A DNA stretch of 64,000 nucleotides, from assembly GCA_018664825.1 (NCBI GenBank), contig JABJNO010000002.1, forward strand, positions 14,068 through 78,067. The letters run 5' to 3'. Below are positions 1-10,677 of this stretch, piece by piece. Within the stretch, counting starts at the first letter, position 1, and every line of letters starts with the position of its first letter. Made by a program: the position numbers and the translations under genes. The notes under the pieces were generated by a model. That model was given only the letters and a program-made list of their open reading frames with translations. It made no database searches and was not told where the DNA came from. This DNA comes from Candidatus Parcubacteria bacterium (GTDB taxonomy: Bacteria; Patescibacteriota; Patescibacteriia; UBA1558; GWA2-36-10).

Positions 1-1830
1 TTTGGGCACAGGAATAAAAGAAGCTCCTGAAAGGTATTTTCCGGTCAAAGATTTTTTGTTTTTTTTGATAGCCAACGGAGTACCTTCGGCCACAACCTTA
101 CCACCATGTTTACCGGCACCAGGCCCGATGTCTATAACATGATCAGATTCCAAAATAGTTTCTTCATCGTGTTCTACGACAATTACAGTGTTTCCCAGGT
201 CTCTTAAATTTTTTAATGTTTCAATAAGTCTATTATTGTCTCTCTGATGAAGACCAATAGAAGGTTCGTCCAAGATATACAAAACACCAGTAAGAGATGA
301 GCCAATTTGAGTAGCCAAACGAATACGTTGAGCTTCACCACCTGACAAAGTATTGGCTGATCTATCTATGGTCAAATAATTTAATCCTACATTAGCCAAA
401 AAATTGAGCCTTTCTCGAACTTCTCTCAATATCTGCTTGGCAATGATCATTTGTTGATTGGTCAGAGTCTTTGGTAGCTTGGTAAAAAAGCTCATTGCTT
501 CATCAATGTTCATTTCTACAATTTCGGCAATATTTTTATCAGTCACCTTGATGCTCAATATATTCTCTTTCAATCTTTTTCCCTTACATGTTTCACATAG
601 CTCTATCTTCATATAACGCTCAATCTCACTACGAATATAGTCCGAATCAGTCTCGCGATATCTTCTTTCAAGATTTGGGATTACACCCTCAAATTTTGTG
701 CTATAATCACCGTTGAATTTCGCACTATTATAATTTAGCTTGTACTCCTCATCGCCAGTACCATGCAAAATAATATCTAGATTTTTTTTGCTGAGTTTAC
801 TTACTGCTACGCGATTAGAAAATTTGTGTTTCTTTGAAACACCATCCAAAATAGCGGCATACCAACCCTGATTGGCAGCAGTTCTTGACCAAGGACGGAT
901 AGCTCCTTCGGCTAGGGCTAGATTTTTGTTTGGAATCACCAACCCTGGATCAATAGTAAGCTTGGTGCCAAGACCTGTACAATCAGGACAGGCTCCGTGA
1001 GGACTATTGAAAGAAAAATTTCTAGCTTCTATTTCTGGAAAATTTATTTCACTATGCTCTGGACAAGTAAACTGCTCACTAAAAGCAATGTCTTCGTTTT
1101 TCTTTGGTATGTGTACTACTACATAACTATTTCCCATATCCAAGCATACTTCCAAAGACTGCAGGAGGCGACTCTTGGTCTCACGAGTACCATCTCTACG
1201 CAGGCGATCTATCACTACTTCGATAGTGTGCTTTTTATATTTATCCAAATCTACATCAAGAGCCTCTTCTAGAGTAATTAGATCACCATCTAGCCTGACT
1301 CTTTTGTAACCAGCTATCTGGACACGCTCTAGGGCCTTTTTGTGCTCTCCTTTTTTATCTCGGACAATAGGAGCTAGCAACATAAACTCAGTTTCTGCTG
1401 GTAGGCGCCAAATTTTTTCTACTATTTGTTGCTGAGTTTGTTTGACTACCGCCTTACCACACTTGTAGCAATAAGGTACGCCAATCTTTGCAAATAATAA
1501 TCTAAGATAATCATAAATCTCTGTAACTGTACCGACGGTAGAGCGAGGATTTCTAGAAGATGATTTTTGATCTATAGAAATAGCTGGAGATAATCCATCT
1601 ATTTGTTCTACATCTGGCTTATCCATCAAACCCAAAAACTGCCGAGCATAAGAAGATAATGATTCAACATATCTCCTCTGCCCCTCGGCATAAATAGTAT
1701 CAAAGGCAAGTGATGATTTTCCCGAGCCAGACAAACCAGTAATCACAACTAGCTTATCGCGAGGGATCTTTACATCAACATTTTTAAGATTATGTACTGC
1801 TGCACCTTTGATAGTAATAAATTTTGGCAT
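1..1830 (-). CDS. uvrA: Excinuclease ABC subunit A (5' part; runs off window start)
   Basis: Not in ORF track. Manual translation from ATG 1830: [65 protein letters not shown] ... [32 protein letters not shown]. Confidence 0.97.
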   Translation of the reverse strand, partial: MPKFITIKGAAVHNLKNVDVKIPRDKLVVITGLSGSGKSSLAFDTIYAEGQRRYVESLSSYARQFLGLMDKPDVEQIDGLSPAISIDQKSSSRNPRSTVGTVTEIYDYLRLLFAKIGVPYCYKCGKAVVKQTQQQIVEKIWRLPAETEFMLLAPIVRDKKGEHKKALERVQIAGYKRVRLDGDLITLEEALDVDLDKYKKHTIEVVIDRLRRDGTRETKSRLLQSLEVCLDMGNSYVVVHIPKKNEDIAFSEQFTCPEHSEINFPEIEARNFSFNSPHGACPDCTGLGTKLTIDPGLVIPNKNLALAEGAIRPWSRTAANQGWYAAILDGVSKKHKFSNRVAVSKLSKKNLDIILHGTGDEEYKLNYNSAKFNGDYSTKFEGVIPNLERRYRETDSDYIRSEIERYMKIELCETCKGKRLKENILSIKVTDKNIAEIVEMNIDEAMSFFTKLPKTLTNQQMIIAKQILREVRERLNFLANVGLNYLTIDRSANTLSGGEAQRIRLATQIGSSLTGVLYILDEPSIGLHQRDNNRLIETLKNLRDLGNTVIVVEHDEETILESDHVIDIGPGAGKHGGKVVAEGTPLAIKKNKKSLTGKYLSGASFIPVPK

Positions 1831-1949
1831 AGAGTTTTGTTTCTTAATTTTTGAAAACACTAATCTTGAACATGGTATCATAGAAAAGTTGAGCAGTCAA
1901 TCCCTAACATTGCTAGCTCTCGAATGCTTTGCTATATTTAAGCCATGAA

Positions 1950-2024
1950 CCCCGTTAGAAATTTACGAAAATATTCTTTGTGGGGTGATTGGATAAACTA
2001 TTTTACTATTAATTTCTAACGGGG
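1950..2024. mobile_element. 75-bp MITE-like element with 14-bp terminal inverted repeats and 4-bp TGAA target duplication
   Basis: CCCCGTTAGAAATT (1950-1963) ... AATTTCTAACGGGG (2011-2024), flanked by TGAA at 1946-1949 and 2025-2028. Confidence 0.75.
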
Positions 2025-3601
2025 TGAAACCAAATTTTAATAAAATCACAACTCAACCTGGAATATACTTTTTCCTCAATAAAAACGGGGATATTATTTA
2101 TATTGGTAAAGCCAAAAATATATTTAAACGAGTAAAGTCATATTGGCAAAAAGGATCCGAACTGACCGAGCAAAAACAACAGATGGTCAGTGAAATAAGC
2201 AAGGTCCAATTTACCGTTGTTGATAATGAAACCGAAAGCTTACTTCTCGAAGCATCACAAATAAAAAAATATCAACCAAAATATAACATCGTTTTAAAAG
2301 ATGATAAAAATTGGGGTTACATAGTAATCCTGGACGAGCCCTTTCCTAGGATAGTAGTCACCCATGGACGTCAACGTAGAAAGGGACAACACTTTGGACC
2401 TTATACCTCTACTCTATCAGCTCGCACAACGGTTAGATTTTTACATCGTGTCTTGCCTCTGCGTACCTGCAACAGAAATTTATCTCACCTTCCCAAAGGA
2501 AAAATATGCCTAGAATATCACATGCACCGTTGTCCTGGTCCTTGCGAAAAACTAATCAACAATAATGATTATAAAAAAATAATAGACTCTGCCAAAAAAA
2601 TATTACGTGGCCAGACAAAAGACATAGAAAAAAATCTACGCACACAAATCAGTACTGCTAGTAAAAACAAAAATTTTGAGCTAGCCAATATAAAAAAGAA
2701 GCAACTAGCTGCCCTACAAAGGATAAAGCTCAAACAAAAAATAATCAGCCAGGTAAATATCAATCAAGACATAATCAACCTCAGTAGTATCGGACAAAAA
2801 ACCATCCTTACTTTGATGACTGTCCGCAAGGGAATACTTGGAGACAAATTTAATTTTACAATTGACAACAAACTAAGCCTTCCTGACAAAGAAATATTCC
2901 AAAATTTTATCAACCAGTTTTATACTCACAAAGCTGATTTGCCAAAAAATATTATCCTGCCAACCAAAATAAACAAAAATCAAACACTCTTGGAGAAAAA
3001 TATAAAAATAATACTACCGCAAAGAGGAAAAAATAAAGACTTACTCGCTTTGGTCAAAAAAAATGCCGACCTGGTCGCTGATAGAATGTCTATAAATCCA
3101 AATATCAAAAAACTTTTATCTTTACAAAAACTTTTGAAGCTAAGTGGTTTCCCCAAACGAATAGAGGTATACGATATTTCAAATATATCAGGTGAACACG
3201 CCGTAGGCTCTATGGTGGTGTTCAATAATGGCCAAATTGACAGCGATCAATATCGTTTATTTAAAATAAAAGGAATACCTGGACCAAACGACGCTCATAT
3301 GATGGCCCAAGTTCTATCTCGTCGCAGCAAACATAGTGAGTGGACCACTCCTGATTTGATTATTTTGGATGGAGGAAAGCCACAACTAAACACCGTGATG
3401 CCCGTCTTACCAAAAAATTGGAAAAATAAAATAATAGCCTTGGCTAAAAAAGAAGAAGAAATATTTTTACCAGGCATAAAAAAATCCCTAAAACTAACTA
3501 AAAGTAACCCCATTTCACTGATGTTGCAAAATATGCGTAATCAAGCTCACAAGTTTGCTATCAAAAACTACCGTAAGCAACATCAAAAAAACTGGTTATA
3601 A
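2024..3601 (+). CDS. uvrC: Excinuclease ABC subunit C
   Basis: GIY-YIG (PGIY..IIYIGKAKN..KRVKSY), Cys cluster, RNase H-like domain (RIEVYDISN, LIILDGGKPQ); no C-terminal HhH pair. Confidence 0.95.
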   Translation: MKPNFNKITTQPGIYFFLNKNGDIIYIGKAKNIFKRVKSYWQKGSELTEQKQQMVSEISKVQFTVVDNETESLLLEASQIKKYQPKYNIVLKDDKNWGYIVILDEPFPRIVVTHGRQRRKGQHFGPYTSTLSARTTVRFLHRVLPLRTCNRNLSHLPKGKICLEYHMHRCPGPCEKLINNNDYKKIIDSAKKILRGQTKDIEKNLRTQISTASKNKNFELANIKKKQLAALQRIKLKQKIISQVNINQDIINLSSIGQKTILTLMTVRKGILGDKFNFTIDNKLSLPDKEIFQNFINQFYTHKADLPKNIILPTKINKNQTLLEKNIKIILPQRGKNKDLLALVKKNADLVADRMSINPNIKKLLSLQKLLKLSGFPKRIEVYDISNISGEHAVGSMVVFNNGQIDSDQYRLFKIKGIPGPNDAHMMAQVLSRRSKHSEWTTPDLIILDGGKPQLNTVMPVLPKNWKNKIIALAKKEEEIFLPGIKKSLKLTKSNPISLMLQNMRNQAHKFAIKNYRKQHQKNWL

Positions 3602-3679
3602 TGCCAATATCACCCCTTCTGCACCCAAGACTTAAAGCATCTATACTTTCTACTTCATATTTAGCTTATACCTACTATC

Positions 3680-3708
3680 TTGACAAAAAGACTCCATACT
3701 GCTAGTAT
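3680..3708 (+). promoter_or_regulatory. sigma70-type promoter for secG
   Basis: TTGACA-17 bp-TAGTAT with TG extension. Confidence 0.6.
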
Positions 3709-3734
3709 GTAGTAGTTATTATCTACTATTACAA

Positions 3735-3953
3735 ATGAAAAACATTTTAAACATTATCCAGATTGTTATTTCTATTCTGTTGATTATTACTGTTTTGATG
3801 CAGCAAAAAGGATCAGGATTAGGAAGTGCTTTTGGTGGAGACTCCGCTGTCTATCGCACCAAAAGAGGAGCTGAAAAATTTATCTTTCGTCTTACTATAG
3901 CATTAGCTATCCTATTTTTAGCTACTGCATTAGCTAGCATTTTTGTTAGCTAA
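3735..3953 (+). CDS. secG: Preprotein translocase subunit SecG
   Basis: 72 aa, two TM helices around LMQQKGSGLGSAFGG..RGAEK. Confidence 0.93.
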   Translation: MKNILNIIQIVISILLIITVLMQQKGSGLGSAFGGDSAVYRTKRGAEKFIFRLTIALAILFLATALASIFVS

Positions 3954-4010
3954 ACCTAATTATTTAAAACCACAGTTATAAGGTTTTACTCTGAAATAAT
4001 TAAGAAAGGG

Positions 4011-5849
4011 TTGTCTTTAATTGAAAGAAAAACGCGTTTTTTAGGTGTTAAATTTTATAGTTGGTTCAAAAAAACCAAAAACACCCTTGTCCAGCCCGAA
4101 GAAAAAGATATAAATCAACAATTGATATTGAAATTAAATAAAAAGAAAATGCCTAGCTTTTCCCAAATAAGGCAATTACCAAAGTTTTTAAATAAAATAG
4201 AAAAATTCCAATTGATAGTAGCGCTAGTTATATTATTGGTAGCTAGTTTTACTATCGGTTGGCGTTTTTGGCTCACTCAATCAACTCCCATACCAAAAGC
4301 CGGCGGTACTTATACCGAAGGGATGATTGGAGCGCCCAGTTATGTAAACCCTATTTTGGCTACATCTGATGTAGACCGAGATTTGGTCAAACTCATCTTC
4401 TCAGGTTTGATGAAATTTGATGAACAAGGCCAACTTGTTGAAGATTTGGCTTTAGGATACAGAATAGACGCTGAACAAACTACTTATACTTTTGAATTGA
4501 AAGATGGCTTACGTTGGCACGACGGCACTCCTTTGATTGCTGATGATATTATTTTTACTATCAATAGTATAAAAAACCCTGAGTATAGTAGCCCTTTAAA
4601 AAATAGTTTTAGTGGGGTCAGTGTACACAAAATAAATGACAAAACTATTCAATTTAAATTGGAAAAGCCTTTTGCGCCTTTCTTGTCTATCTTGACGGTC
4701 GGTATCATACCAGAACATCTTTGGTATAGTACACCAGCTTTATCAGTGGCACTATCTCCTATCAACACTCGCCCTATTGGCAGTGGACCTTATCAGTTTA
4801 AAGCTTTGACTCGAGATGGTAGCGGTATTGTTAGAAATTATACTTTAGAATCTTACCCTGACTATCATCTAGTCCCAGCTTATATCTCTGAGCTTCATTT
4901 CAAATTCTATCCTGACTTTGATACAGGAGCAGCTGCCCTACAAAATAAAAATGTGGATGGCTTGGTCTACTTACCAAAGGAATACAAAGAAGAGCTTGTC
5001 AAAAATAAAAAAATTACTTTACACAATCTACAATTCCCTCAATACACTGCTATATTTTTTAACCCAAAAAATAACGAACTTCTGGCAGACGCCGATATTC
5101 GAAAAGCCTTGGCTTTGAGTGTAGATAAACAAAGAATTTTAACTGAAGTATTGAATGGCGATGGACAAATCTCAAATGCGCCCATACTACCTGGTATGAT
5201 TGGCCACGATGAGAACATAAAAGCTCCTGACCTCAATATTGAAGAAGCTAATAATATTCTTGAAGAATTAGGCTGGAAATACGAAGGTGAAAATGATTTT
5301 AGAACCAAAGGTGAAGAAGACGAAAAAACAGAACTCAGTATCAAACTAACTACTGTGGCCCAATCTGAAAATTCTAAAACAGTAGAAATAATCAAAGAAG
5401 GCTGGAAAAGTATTGGTGTAAAAACTGAAATAGACACTATCACCAAAGATAAAATCAAAAAAGATGTAATTGAACCTCGTAATTACCAAGCCCTGTTGTT
5501 TGGCGAAGTGATAAATATCAATTCTGGACTTTATCCATTTTGGCACTCAACTCAAAATGCTCATCCAGGGCTAAATTTGAGTGTCATGGCAAACAAAGAT
5601 GTTGATCAATATCTAGAAGATGCCTTAGCTGCCAAAACTAACGAAGAAAAAATAGAACCATTGAAGAAATTCCAAGAAAAATTACTAGAGTTAAACTTTG
5701 CTATATTTTTATACAACCCTACATATACTTACCCTACAGCCAGCAAGCTATACGGATTGGATAGTCTCCAATTTATAAACTTGCCAGCTGATCGTTTTAA
5801 CAATATAAATTCTTGGTATCTAAAAACCAAAAGAATTATATCTCGTTAA
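4011..5849 (+). CDS. ABC transporter peptide/nickel-type substrate-binding protein (family 5), membrane-anchored
   Basis: TM helix, then GGTYTEG, LIFSGL, YTFELK..WHDG.P..ADD..FT, PIGSGPY motifs; start codon uncertain. Confidence 0.88.
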   Translation: MSLIERKTRFLGVKFYSWFKKTKNTLVQPEEKDINQQLILKLNKKKMPSFSQIRQLPKFLNKIEKFQLIVALVILLVASFTIGWRFWLTQSTPIPKAGGTYTEGMIGAPSYVNPILATSDVDRDLVKLIFSGLMKFDEQGQLVEDLALGYRIDAEQTTYTFELKDGLRWHDGTPLIADDIIFTINSIKNPEYSSPLKNSFSGVSVHKINDKTIQFKLEKPFAPFLSILTVGIIPEHLWYSTPALSVALSPINTRPIGSGPYQFKALTRDGSGIVRNYTLESYPDYHLVPAYISELHFKFYPDFDTGAAALQNKNVDGLVYLPKEYKEELVKNKKITLHNLQFPQYTAIFFNPKNNELLADADIRKALALSVDKQRILTEVLNGDGQISNAPILPGMIGHDENIKAPDLNIEEANNILEELGWKYEGENDFRTKGEEDEKTELSIKLTTVAQSENSKTVEIIKEGWKSIGVKTEIDTITKDKIKKDVIEPRNYQALLFGEVININSGLYPFWHSTQNAHPGLNLSVMANKDVDQYLEDALAAKTNEEKIEPLKKFQEKLLELNFAIFLYNPTYTYPTASKLYGLDSLQFINLPADRFNNINSWYLKTKRIISR

Positions 5850-5880
5850 ACAAAATTAATTATTAATCTGTTATTGATTT

Positions 5881-7842
5881 ATGAACGCAATGAAAGATTC
5901 AACTGACAAATTATTGTCATCACCTGGTGCCGGTGGAAAAAGCAAAAAATCTAAAAATTCTTTTAGAAAAAAACGTGCTCCCCACACAAAACCAGCTACT
6001 CAGGTAGCCAGACCGACGGTCAAGGCAAATGCTGCTACAAAAAGAAATGCAAAAAAAGCAGTGAGTAGAACCAATGCTACCAATGCAAAGAAAAAACAAG
6101 CATACGGAAAAAAGACAAATTCAAGGTCCGAACTAAAAGGCCCATTAAAGGTTGCCAGTAAGGCTCCTGCCCTGGGCACAGGTAAACTACGCGTTATACC
6201 TATTGGAGGATGCGAAGAAGTTGGACGTAATATGACTGTTTTTGAATATGGCAATGATATAATCATCGTTGACATGGGCCTACAATGGCCCGAAGAAGAT
6301 ATGCCTGGTATTGATTATATTATTCCCAATGCCCACTATCTAAAAGGAAAAGAAAAAAAGATTCGTGGTGTAATCATCACCCATGGACATTACGACCATA
6401 TTGGTGCCATCCCCCATTTGGCTCCAATACTCGGTAATCCAACTATCTATGGTACTCCTCTGACTTTGGGGATTATTGCCAAAAGACAAGAGGACTACAA
6501 AGGTCAAAAGGCTTTACGCCTAAAATCTATTACCGCTAACAATAAACTACAATTAGGTAAATTTAAAATTAGCTTTTTTGGTGTAAGTCACAATATTCCT
6601 GGCTCACTAGGTGTAGTCATTGATACTCCAAATGGTAAAATAGTCCACACCGGAGACTTCAAGCTTGATGCCAAGGCTTCTGGGGATGCCCCAACTGAAA
6701 TGGCCAAGATAAAAGCTCTTGGAAAACAAAATATTTTGGCTCTGATGTCTGATAGTACAAATGCCCCCCAAACAGGACACCAACTTACCGAAGGAGATAT
6801 TCAAACAAATATAGATGAGCTCCTAGGTCAGGCTCCTGGTAGAATTATTGTAGGTACCTTTGCTTCACTATTGGGTAGAATCCAACAAATCATTTGGGCA
6901 GCTGAGAAAATAAACAAAAAGGTAATCATCGAAGGATTTGGCATGAAACGTAATGTTGAGCTAGCCTTACAACTTGGTTATATGAAAGTCAAAAAAGGAA
7001 CCATTATCCAAATCAAAGACATGAAAGATTATCCAGACAACAAGATTGTAATCATGTGTACTGGAGCTCAAGGCGAAGACAATGCTGTTCTGATGCGAAT
7101 CGCAAATGGTGAACACAGAAAGCTAAAAATATCAAAAGGAGATACTATTGTTTTCTCATCTTCAGTAATCCCCGGAAACGAAAGATCCGTCCAAAGACTC
7201 AAAGATGGTCTCTATCGCAAAGGAGCTGAAGTAGTCCACTACAAGATGATGGATGTCCATGCTGGTGGTCACGCTCGTCAAGAAGACTTGTTTGATATGA
7301 TAAAAATGGTTAAACCAAAATATCATATTCCGGTTTATGGAAATCATTCCTTTTTAAAAATTCATGGAAAAGTTGCCGAAAGAGCTGGCATTCCAGAAAA
7401 TAAAATTTTTATACCCGACAATGGACAAATTATAGAATTTGATAAAAACCGCCACGGCGAACTAACCAAACAAAAAGTTTCTTCTGAGTATGTTTTTGTA
7501 GATGGCTTGGGTGTTGGTGATATATCAAATATTGTTTTACGTGATAGACAGATGATGGCTGGTGACGGCATGGTAGTGGTGATTGCCACTATTTCAAAAA
7601 GTGGCCGTTTGATTCACTCACCTGATATCATTTCTCGTGGCTTTATCTATATGAGAGAAAATAAAGCTCTAGTAGAAACTATCCGTACTAAAATAAAAAA
7701 TATTGTAAATGACCACCATAAGACAAACTCACAAATAAATGATTCTTATATCAAGGATTCTTTACGAAATGAGATTGGTCAATTTATATTTAGCAAAACA
7801 AAGCGTAGACCAATGATATTACCAGTGATAATAGAAGTCTAA
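5881..7842 (+). CDS. rnj: Ribonuclease J with ~100-aa basic N-terminal extension
   Basis: IPIGGCEEVGRNM, ITHGHYDHIG, HTGDFK, HAGGHA, C-terminal RRPMILPVIIEV. Confidence 0.95.
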   Translation: MNAMKDSTDKLLSSPGAGGKSKKSKNSFRKKRAPHTKPATQVARPTVKANAATKRNAKKAVSRTNATNAKKKQAYGKKTNSRSELKGPLKVASKAPALGTGKLRVIPIGGCEEVGRNMTVFEYGNDIIIVDMGLQWPEEDMPGIDYIIPNAHYLKGKEKKIRGVIITHGHYDHIGAIPHLAPILGNPTIYGTPLTLGIIAKRQEDYKGQKALRLKSITANNKLQLGKFKISFFGVSHNIPGSLGVVIDTPNGKIVHTGDFKLDAKASGDAPTEMAKIKALGKQNILALMSDSTNAPQTGHQLTEGDIQTNIDELLGQAPGRIIVGTFASLLGRIQQIIWAAEKINKKVIIEGFGMKRNVELALQLGYMKVKKGTIIQIKDMKDYPDNKIVIMCTGAQGEDNAVLMRIANGEHRKLKISKGDTIVFSSSVIPGNERSVQRLKDGLYRKGAEVVHYKMMDVHAGGHARQEDLFDMIKMVKPKYHIPVYGNHSFLKIHGKVAERAGIPENKIFIPDNGQIIEFDKNRHGELTKQKVSSEYVFVDGLGVGDISNIVLRDRQMMAGDGMVVVIATISKSGRLIHSPDIISRGFIYMRENKALVETIRTKIKNIVNDHHKTNSQINDSYIKDSLRNEIGQFIFSKTKRRPMILPVIIEV

Positions 7843-7877
7843 AATAAAAAACAGTCCTTTGGGGCTGTTTTTTATTT
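7843..7877 (+). terminator. Intrinsic terminator after rnj
   Basis: AAAAAACAGTCC-TTTG-GGGCTGTTTTTT hairpin with T tract. Confidence 0.75.
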
Positions 7878-7936
7878 AGTTGACCCAAATGTTTTATTTA
7901 GATACAATAAAACAAGTATTATTTAATAAAATTGAT

Positions 7937-8893
7937 ATGAAAAAATTAGTTTCAGGTATAAAACCAACCGGCAAGCTGCACTTGGGAAATTATTTGGGAG
8001 CTATCAAAAATTGGGTAGCCTTACAAAATGAATACGAGTGTTATTATTTTATTGCTGATTACCACGCCCTCACCACCGAAATTTCAGCTAAAGAACTAAG
8101 TCAAAATACCTTTGACCTAGTGGTAGATCTTTTGGCTTTGGGCATAGACCCAAGCAAGGTTACTTTCTTTAAACAATCAGATGTAATCGGACATACTGAG
8201 CTTGGCTGGGTTTTTAATTGCTTGACTCCGGTCTCAGAGCTACAGCGCATGACTCAGTTCAAAGACAAGTCAGGTGATCAATCAGCCAACATCAATGCTG
8301 GTCTACTTACTTATCCTGCCTTACAGGCTTCTGACATCTTACTTTATAAAGGTGAGGTAGTGCCTGTTGGGGAAGATCAATTGCAACATCTAGAATTGAC
8401 CAGAATTGTAGCCAGAAAATTTAACAACCGATATGACGATTATTTTCCAAAGATAGAGCCAATAGTATCCCATGCTGCCCGAGTAATGTCACTCAATAAT
8501 CCAGAGAAAAAAATGAGTAAATCTTTGGGAGATCAAAGTTATATAGCAATTCGCGAAACCGAAGATGATGTCAGAAAAAAAATTAAAAAAGCTATTTCTG
8601 ATAAAACTGGTGTTGAAAATTTACTTGAGCTTTATTTGTACTTTGGTGATAAAGAAAAACACCAAAAAATGTCTGAGGATGCCAAACTAGACAAATTGAT
8701 GAATTCTGAACTAAAAGAAGCATTAACAAAATCAATATTGGATTTCTTGAAACCTATCCAAGAAAAAATAAAAAACTACGAACAAAATCCTGACAAAGTT
8801 TATAAGATTCTAGCAGATGGAGCCGCCAAGGCCCAGCAAACTGCTGACAAAACTTTACTTGAAGTAAAAAAGATCGTTGGATTAAAAAAATAA
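7937..8893 (+). CDS. trpS: Tryptophan--tRNA ligase
   Basis: SGIKPTGKLHLGNYLGA, VPVGEDQLQHLE, KMSKS; ATG 7937 preferred to upstream TTG. Confidence 0.96.
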   Translation: MKKLVSGIKPTGKLHLGNYLGAIKNWVALQNEYECYYFIADYHALTTEISAKELSQNTFDLVVDLLALGIDPSKVTFFKQSDVIGHTELGWVFNCLTPVSELQRMTQFKDKSGDQSANINAGLLTYPALQASDILLYKGEVVPVGEDQLQHLELTRIVARKFNNRYDDYFPKIEPIVSHAARVMSLNNPEKKMSKSLGDQSYIAIRETEDDVRKKIKKAISDKTGVENLLELYLYFGDKEKHQKMSEDAKLDKLMNSELKEALTKSILDFLKPIQEKIKNYEQNPDKVYKILADGAAKAQQTADKTLLEVKKIVGLKK

Positions 8894-8900
8894 TTTTACA

Positions 8901-8938
8901 AAACAAAAAACCGTCTCTAGTGGGCGGTTTTTTTGTTT
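8901..8938. terminator. Bidirectional terminator between convergent trpS and ldh
   Basis: AAAAAACCGTCT..GGGCGGTTTTTT with A and T tracts on both sides. Confidence 0.8.
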
Positions 8939-8941
8939 ATA

Positions 8942-9862
8942 TTAGCTTACAGATTTGATAGCTTTTTTCAAAACTTTTGCAGAATTTTTGAATAGCACCT
9001 GCTCTTCTTTGGATAATTCCAAGGGCAGTGTTTCTGCAATACCTTTTCTGCCAACTATGGCTGGTGTAGACAGACAAACATCTTTGACGCCATAAATATT
9101 TTCTATCAAGTGTGAAACTGGTAAGATTATTCGCTTATCATGTAATATTGCCTTGATCACATATGAAGCAGCTGAGCCAATACCATAATAAGTGGACTGT
9201 TTGCCAGCGATAATAGCATAGGCCGCATTCTTTGTTTGTTCAAATATTTTTTGCTGATCTTTTTTGTTAAAATTTGGATGTTCAAGCAATTTGGAATTAC
9301 CAATTCTAGCTGTACTCCAAACTGGAAACTCACTATCACCATGCTCTCCCATGATATAAGCATGGATACTCTTGGCATTGATGTTCAATTTTTGGCTAAG
9401 TAGATGTCTAAAACGAGCAGAATCAAGAGTTGTTCCGCTACCCATGATTTGATATTTCTTTTTAGGATACATTTTGATAGCCGCATAAGTCAAAACGTCT
9501 ACTGGATTCGTAATCATCAAAACGACTATATTTGGGTTGGCCTTAAAAATTTGAGGCATTATTTCCCGAATAATCTTGGTATTTTTTTCTATCAAATCCA
9601 AGCGTGTCTCACCTGGTTTTTGAGCAGCCCCGCAAGTAATCACCACCACACCACTATCGCGACAATCATTGTAGGTGCCAACTTTTACATTTGTCTTTTT
9701 TGTAAATGGCACTGCGTGTTGCAAATCCATCACTTGAGCTTTTGCTAGTTTTTTGTTGAGATCAACTATAGCAATTTCTTCGGCACTGTCTTGAGTCACT
9801 AGGCTATATGCTAATGTAGAGCCAACCATACCAGCTCCAATAATCGTTACTTTGTTCTTCAT
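8942..9862 (-). CDS. ldh: L-lactate dehydrogenase
   Basis: GAGMVG, GAAQKPGETRLDL (Gln specificity residue of LDH), TNPVD, GEHGDS. Confidence 0.92.
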   Translation of the reverse strand: MKNKVTIIGAGMVGSTLAYSLVTQDSAEEIAIVDLNKKLAKAQVMDLQHAVPFTKKTNVKVGTYNDCRDSGVVVITCGAAQKPGETRLDLIEKNTKIIREIMPQIFKANPNIVVLMITNPVDVLTYAAIKMYPKKKYQIMGSGTTLDSARFRHLLSQKLNINAKSIHAYIMGEHGDSEFPVWSTARIGNSKLLEHPNFNKKDQQKIFEQTKNAAYAIIAGKQSTYYGIGSAASYVIKAILHDKRIILPVSHLIENIYGVKDVCLSTPAIVGRKGIAETLPLELSKEEQVLFKNSAKVLKKAIKSVS

Positions 9863-9867
9863 ATATT

Positions 9868-10674
9868 TTAAGTTAATTTAATTGTTTTTGATTTAATTTT
9901 TCTACCCAAAAATTTTTCAGCGGCTATATCAAATTTTTCTGTACTATTGGTTGTCAAAAATTTCCTAATCGGCTCACCCGTAGCTGGAGATACTATATTA
10001 GGATGATTTTCCAAATACTCTATCCATTTTTTGGCAACTACTTTACCACTGTCCAATACTTTTGTATTGTCGCCAAAGAAATTTTGAATAGCATTTTGAA
10101 GAAATCCATAATGAGTACAACCCAAGACCACTACGTCTGGCTCCTCTTTTTTGATGGGTCTCATATATTCCATCAAAACTATACTGGTCTCTGGAGAATT
10201 TTCTTTTGACTGCTCTATCAGTGGCACCAAAAGTGGGCAGGCCTGTTGGATGACTTTTATATTTCTATCTATATTTTCAAACTCCTCCACATAAGTACCA
10301 GACTCTACTGTGCTGGTCGTACCCAAAACGGCTACTTTAGAATTTTTTGACAACTCGCCCACCTCTTCAGCCAATGGCCTGATTACTCCCAAAACATTTT
10401 TACCTTTATGATGTTTTGGTAAATACTCTTGCTGTATTTTTCTCAGAGCTAAAGCTGAGGCTGTGTTGCAAGCCAAAATTATCAAATCACAATCATGTGA
10501 AAATAAATAATCAACTGCCTGAGTTGTATATTTGTATATTATACTCTGACTACGCTCTCCATAAGGAGTCCTAGCATTATCCCCCAAATAAACAAAATCA
10601 TGTTGAGGTAATTTTTTCTCAATTTCCTTAAAGATTGTAAGTCCGCCATATCCACTGTCAAAAATTCCAATCAT
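9868..10674 (-). CDS. murI: Glutamate racemase
   Basis: IGIFDSG.GGLT, ACNTAS, LGCTHY. Confidence 0.95.
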   Translation of the reverse strand: MIGIFDSGYGGLTIFKEIEKKLPQHDFVYLGDNARTPYGERSQSIIYKYTTQAVDYLFSHDCDLIILACNTASALALRKIQQEYLPKHHKGKNVLGVIRPLAEEVGELSKNSKVAVLGTTSTVESGTYVEEFENIDRNIKVIQQACPLLVPLIEQSKENSPETSIVLMEYMRPIKKEEPDVVVLGCTHYGFLQNAIQNFFGDNTKVLDSGKVVAKKWIEYLENHPNIVSPATGEPIRKFLTTNSTEKFDIAAEKFLGRKIKSKTIKLT

Positions 10675-10677
10675 CAA

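Noticed and set aside
997-1272. 91-aa + strand ORF and the many other short ORFs antisense to or overlapping long genes
   Set aside because: Shadow ORFs of well-supported genes (here uvrA); no motifs or expression signals.
1831-1944. LexA/SOS box between divergent uvrA and uvrC
   Set aside because: No convincing palindrome matching a LexA consensus I know.
7878-7936. T-box or attenuator upstream of trpS
   Set aside because: Only ~60 nt with a plain promoter (TTGACC/TACAAT); no UGGNACC motif.
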